64,000 nucleotides of DNA from a bacterium (lineage in GTDB: Bacteria; Electryoneota; JAOADG01): the NCBI GenBank assembly GCA_963681965.1, contig OY820579.1:1671379-1735378 (forward strand), read 5' to 3'. Made by a program: the position numbers and the translations under genes. The first letter of the stretch is position 1; the number at the start of each line of letters is the position of its first letter. The notes beneath the pieces are model-generated. The model was not told the DNA's origin. It saw only the letters and a program-made list of their open reading frames with translations, and searched no databases. Below are positions 60,140-64,000 of the stretch, one piece after another.

Positions 60140-61003
60140 ATGCCAGAAATCGTAATAATCAGTTCCGAGAAGCAATCGCGTAAACGCGTTGTGATTCGAA
60201 GAGTACTCGTTGCAGTATGGGGAATACCGTTACTGACAATACCGGTTTTGCTGGGTCAATGGTATTTTGCCACACTCATTGCCGTGATTGCAGCATTGGC
60301 TGTGTTCGAGTATCTAACGATGTTGCGAGCGATGGGAGCACCCGTTATTCGAACTTCGGCGGCAGTCGCGGCAGCAGCAGTCGTTCTGATGACTACTTAC
60401 GATCAGCGACTGGGTTTTGATTTATTTTTGATTGTCAGCCTCTTTTTGGCGATTCGCTCGCTTCAAGGTGGCGATAAAGCGATGGCGCTTCGGGTCACCG
60501 GTACACTCGGTGGATTTCTATATATCGCGGGATTTCTCTCTTTACTGGCGCTGTTGCGGAGTCGCATCTTAGTCGAGGATGGGTTGTGGGGCGGCATCTT
60601 CATACTATACTTGCTTTCGTCGATTTGGCTCTGCGATACTTTCGCTTACTTCGGAGGGATGCGATTCGGTAAACACAAACTTGCTTCGAAAATATCCCCA
60701 AAGAAGACGATCGAAGGTTCGGTATTCGGAGTGATTGGGTCGCTGCTTTGGTCGCTTCTGGGCATTCAAGTATTGGGTGATAAACTTCCGTGGCAGTTTT
60801 TAGTATTGACGGCACTGGCTGCTGGAACAGTCGGTCAAGTAGGTGATTTAATCGAATCGATGGTTAAGCGCGATGCCGGTGTAAAAGATTCCGGTCGATT
60901 ATTACCGGAACACGGTGGCATCTTCGATCGATTTGACAGTTTGATCCTTACGACACCAGCGGTGTACCTGCTAGCCGATTGGTTTGGGTTGTTGAACAAG
61001 TAG
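60140..61003 (+). CDS. cdsA: Phosphatidate cytidylyltransferase
   Basis: CdsA signature region SIWLCDTFAYFGGMRFGKHKLASKISPKKTIEGSVFG. Confidence 0.85.
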   Translation: MPEIVIISSEKQSRKRVVIRRVLVAVWGIPLLTIPVLLGQWYFATLIAVIAALAVFEYLTMLRAMGAPVIRTSAAVAAAAVVLMTTYDQRLGFDLFLIVSLFLAIRSLQGGDKAMALRVTGTLGGFLYIAGFLSLLALLRSRILVEDGLWGGIFILYLLSSIWLCDTFAYFGGMRFGKHKLASKISPKKTIEGSVFGVIGSLLWSLLGIQVLGDKLPWQFLVLTALAAGTVGQVGDLIESMVKRDAGVKDSGRLLPEHGGIFDRFDSLILTTPAVYLLADWFGLLNK

Positions 61004-61028
61004 CTTAAACAGTTCTTCCAATTAGAGA

Positions 61029-62927
61029 GTGTCCGAGATGTCTGAACGTCGCGTTGTAATTGGTACTGCCGGTCATATCGATCATGGCAAATCGACTCTC
61101 GTCAGAGCGCTGACTGGAATCGATCCCGATCGTTTGCCGGAAGAACAAGAACGCGGCATGACGATCGATATCGGATTTGCGTTCTGGAAGTATGGCATCG
61201 CCTTCATCGATGTCCCGGGTCACGAGCGGTTTATTAAAAATATGGTTGCCGGAGTCACCGGGATTGATGCAGCATTATTAGTAGTTGCCGCCGACGATGG
61301 CGTGATGCCCCAGACAATCGAGCACTATACTATCTTGAATCTGCTGGGAATTACGCGCGGTGTTGTCGCGATCACTAAATCCGATAGTAAGGATGCCGAC
61401 TGGATTGCGATGATTGAAGACGACGTCAGAAAATTACTTGCGTCGGGTAGTTTGAAAAATGCCCAAATCATTATCGTCGATTCAATAAGTGGTACTGGAC
61501 TGAATGAGCTTTCGGAAGCGCTGATTCAGTTAGCTGCTACCATTCCGGCTCATGAGTTGGATGCACCGGCGTTATTGTCGATTGACCGTGTTTTTGTCAA
61601 GACCGGATTTGGTGTCGTGATAACGGGTACGGTCGCCTCCGGACAAATTAAAGTCGGCGATGAACTTCAGCTGTTGCCCCAGAATATTCCCGTGCGAATT
61701 CGCGGTATTCAATCGCAAAATGAAGCACGTGAGAGTGTGGTCGCCGGGGAGCGGGCGGCGTTGAATCTTGCTGGAATCGACCGTCAAGAAGTTTTACGCG
61801 GGAATCGTCTTTGTCAGCCGGGTGTCTTTTCGGTTACTAGTGCATTTGATGTGTTACTGGAGGCTTGTACCGACCATCCGATCCGCCATCGTTCCCGAGT
61901 ACGGATGCATATTGGCACGACTGAGGCAATCGGTCGGATCGATCTGCTCGAAGCCGCAACATTATCGATCGGAGAGTCGCCACGGTTTGCCCGTTTCCAA
62001 TCGGAGGAACCGATTATTGCCGCTTTCCGCGAGCGCTTTGTGATACGCCGGTACTCGCCGATGGAAACAGTCGGCGGTGGAATTGTATTAAATCCAATGC
62101 CATTGACTCGGTTGCGACACGAGACAAATTTCGAACGCTTATCGGCACTGTTATCCGATTCCGGAGAAGATCGTTTGATTGCCGCGATCAGCGAAACTGA
62201 ACCGAAAGCCGCCACAATATCACGATTGGCGATTGCGTTGTCGAAGAAGCCCGTAGCTATCGAAGCGATGCTTCGCACGCAAATACTATCCGATAAAGTG
62301 CTGTCAAAATCGAGCGGCACGATCACCAAACCGTATGCTCAACGGATCAGTGACGAAATGATCAAGACTGTTCGGACGTTCCATTCGACCAATCCCGACC
62401 GTGTGGGAATACCCCAGGGATCATTACTGGAACCCTATCCCACCAAGATCGGTTCATCGCTATCCGAGACCATTTTTCAAGCATTACTTGACCAACAGAT
62501 ACTATCAATTGAACGAGGTACTGTTCGCCTGACATCTCACCAACCGCGAGTTAACTCCAAGGATCAGGAACGGATCAGTCTATTTATTAATGCTCTTCGA
62601 GCACATGGATTGACACCGCCGATGCCGAATTTGCTCGCGACCGAGCTTAAAATCCTCGAAAAGGAGTTATTCCGATATGCGGATTTATTGCGTGAGCAGG
62701 GCGAAATCGTTGTATTGGAAGGTCGCTATTGGATATTGACCGATTCATTCAAAGTTGCTGAAGATCAAATTCGCGGATTATTGATGAATCAACCGACAGC
62801 ATCATTAGGCGAGATAGCGACAGTCCTTGGAGTTAGTCGGAAGTACGCAGTGGCATTACTCGAGGAGTTGGATAAGCGCGGTGTCACTGAACGAATCGGC
62901 GATTCACGACAATTGAAATCGCGATGA
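61029..62927 (+). CDS. selB: Selenocysteine-specific translation elongation factor
   Basis: GTPase G1-G4 ([19 protein letters not shown]) followed by a long winged-helix C-terminal extension. 632 aa. The start is possibly the downstream ATG (MSERRVV). Confidence 0.85.
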   Translation: MSEMSERRVVIGTAGHIDHGKSTLVRALTGIDPDRLPEEQERGMTIDIGFAFWKYGIAFIDVPGHERFIKNMVAGVTGIDAALLVVAADDGVMPQTIEHYTILNLLGITRGVVAITKSDSKDADWIAMIEDDVRKLLASGSLKNAQIIIVDSISGTGLNELSEALIQLAATIPAHELDAPALLSIDRVFVKTGFGVVITGTVASGQIKVGDELQLLPQNIPVRIRGIQSQNEARESVVAGERAALNLAGIDRQEVLRGNRLCQPGVFSVTSAFDVLLEACTDHPIRHRSRVRMHIGTTEAIGRIDLLEAATLSIGESPRFARFQSEEPIIAAFRERFVIRRYSPMETVGGGIVLNPMPLTRLRHETNFERLSALLSDSGEDRLIAAISETEPKAATISRLAIALSKKPVAIEAMLRTQILSDKVLSKSSGTITKPYAQRISDEMIKTVRTFHSTNPDRVGIPQGSLLEPYPTKIGSSLSETIFQALLDQQILSIERGTVRLTSHQPRVNSKDQERISLFINALRAHGLTPPMPNLLATELKILEKELFRYADLLREQGEIVVLEGRYWILTDSFKVAEDQIRGLLMNQPTASLGEIATVLGVSRKYAVALLEELDKRGVTERIGDSRQLKSR

Positions 62928-63610
62928 ACAAGATCCTGCAAGTTGCGCTGCTGCACACTGGCAATTTCTTCTTTCCCCGAACCTGTTATGTGTGTGGCGA
63001 GCGTATTTTAACCGGATGGAGCTGTCCGGAATGCATACACACATTACCAGCCGGTATACGTTTCGATGCGACAATTTTACCCCCGTTGCAGCGTGTGGCT
63101 GCGATTTGGCGCTATGAGAATGCCGTCCGAGCTGCAATCGACGACTGGAAATTCAATCAACTAGCTCCGCTAGGCGAACAGTTGATTCATTCGGCACTCA
63201 AATATGAATGGTTGCAGGAATGGTTTTCTGAACCCTTTGATGTGATTATCGGAATACCACCTCATCGGCATCACCTCCGAATGCGAGGGTTCGATCCGGT
63301 ACAACAGATCGTCCGAAATTTGTCGACGCTATGGAATACACCCAATTCCAATGCGCTAGTACGTGCTAGATCGGTCAATCCGCAAATCGAATCAACCCGG
63401 AAGCAACGTCAGCACAATGTTCTCGGGGCATTTCGGGTAAATAAACCGGTTACAGGATCGGTGTTGTTGGTAGACGATGTGATTACAACCGGGAGTACGC
63501 TTCGTGAAGCCGCGAAGACATTATTGGGAAGTGGCGCTGACCGGGTTTCGGGATTTATTCTTGCGAGTGCTGGAAGTAGCATTATTATTCAGGATATCGA
63601 GTCCAATTGA
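62924..63610 (+). CDS. comF: ComF-family protein (double zinc-ribbon plus phosphoribosyltransferase domain)
   Basis: CYVCGERI...CPEC zinc ribbon. PRTase motif VLLVDDVITTGSTL. Confidence 0.75.
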   Translation: MNKILQVALLHTGNFFFPRTCYVCGERILTGWSCPECIHTLPAGIRFDATILPPLQRVAAIWRYENAVRAAIDDWKFNQLAPLGEQLIHSALKYEWLQEWFSEPFDVIIGIPPHRHHLRMRGFDPVQQIVRNLSTLWNTPNSNALVRARSVNPQIESTRKQRQHNVLGAFRVNKPVTGSVLLVDDVITTGSTLREAAKTLLGSGADRVSGFILASAGSSIIIQDIESN

Positions 63611-63832
63611 TCGATTAAAACTGTTGGGGTGTGACACACTTCTTCGAATTAGTTAATTGGAGTAAAAGTAGAGAATTTCATTTTCATCCACTCTGCGAAA
63701 TATTCTAGGAGGAGCACTCCAAATCGGCAAGTTTAGAAATTTCCCTTAGTTGTAATGTCGAAACAATTTTCACAACCTCTTTCGTTCCGTTTTCACTGCT
63801 TTCATTATATATTCTTCTTTTTCCGGTGGACT

Positions 63833-64000
63833 CATGAACGACGATCGATTTCACGAAGAATGCGCAGTTTTCGGTGTTTACGGTCATCCGCGCGCAGCCG
63901 ACTTAACCTACCTTGGCTTATATGCCTTACAGCATCGGGGTCAGGAGGCAAGTGGTATTGTCTCAAATGACAATGGCTCATTTTACCTCCACCGCGATTG
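63833..64000 (+). CDS. purF: Amidophosphoribosyltransferase, N-terminal part (continues beyond the window); B. subtilis-type with an N-terminal propeptide
   Basis: [10 protein letters not shown]|AVFGVYGH...[20 protein letters not shown]. The Cys follows a 10-aa propeptide, like B. subtilis PurF. Confidence 0.85.

Overview
This 64-kb window looks chromosomal, from a bacterium with a type IX secretion system (T9SS), at roughly 50% GC by eye. At least eight proteins carry Por-type C-terminal sorting domains (CTDs), which suggests an FCB-superphylum-like organism. The leftmost ~8 kb has visibly lower GC than the rest and reads as a horizontally acquired island. It carries a Type III restriction-modification pair (mod-res, translationally coupled; res runs off the window edge), an XRE-family helix-turn-helix regulator, a P4/D5-type primase-helicase, an AT-rich short-repeat region, and a tRNA 3'-end-like fragment at its right border. 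The remaining ~56 kb holds five notable regions:
- A tandem array of three paralogous T9SS cargo genes that share an undescribed ~180-aa N-terminal domain. One copy has decayed, with three in-frame stops.
- An MIO-dependent ammonia-lyase (HAL family) with an unusual Ala-Cys-Gly cofactor triad and a ~300-nt GC-rich leader.
- A trypsin-like protease gene cleanly split by an IS3-family element (4-bp target duplication ATCG), followed by a noncoding region with two tandem ~167-bp repeats.
- A surface-polysaccharide locus (Wzz, Wzy plus a duplicated Wzy 3' fragment, a MurJ-like flippase, a glycosyltransferase), followed by a lipoprotein, a BNR-repeat T9SS cargo and a PorQ/PorV-like outer-membrane barrel.
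- A membrane HExxH protease gene cleanly split by an IS630 element (TA target duplication).
Housekeeping genes fill the remaining stretches on both sides of the IS630 element: yitJ-like, metK, tag, an aldo/keto reductase, PGI/PMI, rplM-rpsI, rpsB-tsf, rpsT, cobB, pyrK-pyrD, rlpA, cdsA, selB, comF and the start of purF. A second large T9SS cargo gene carries a single in-frame TAA. I found no CRISPR array and no complete tRNA or rRNA.
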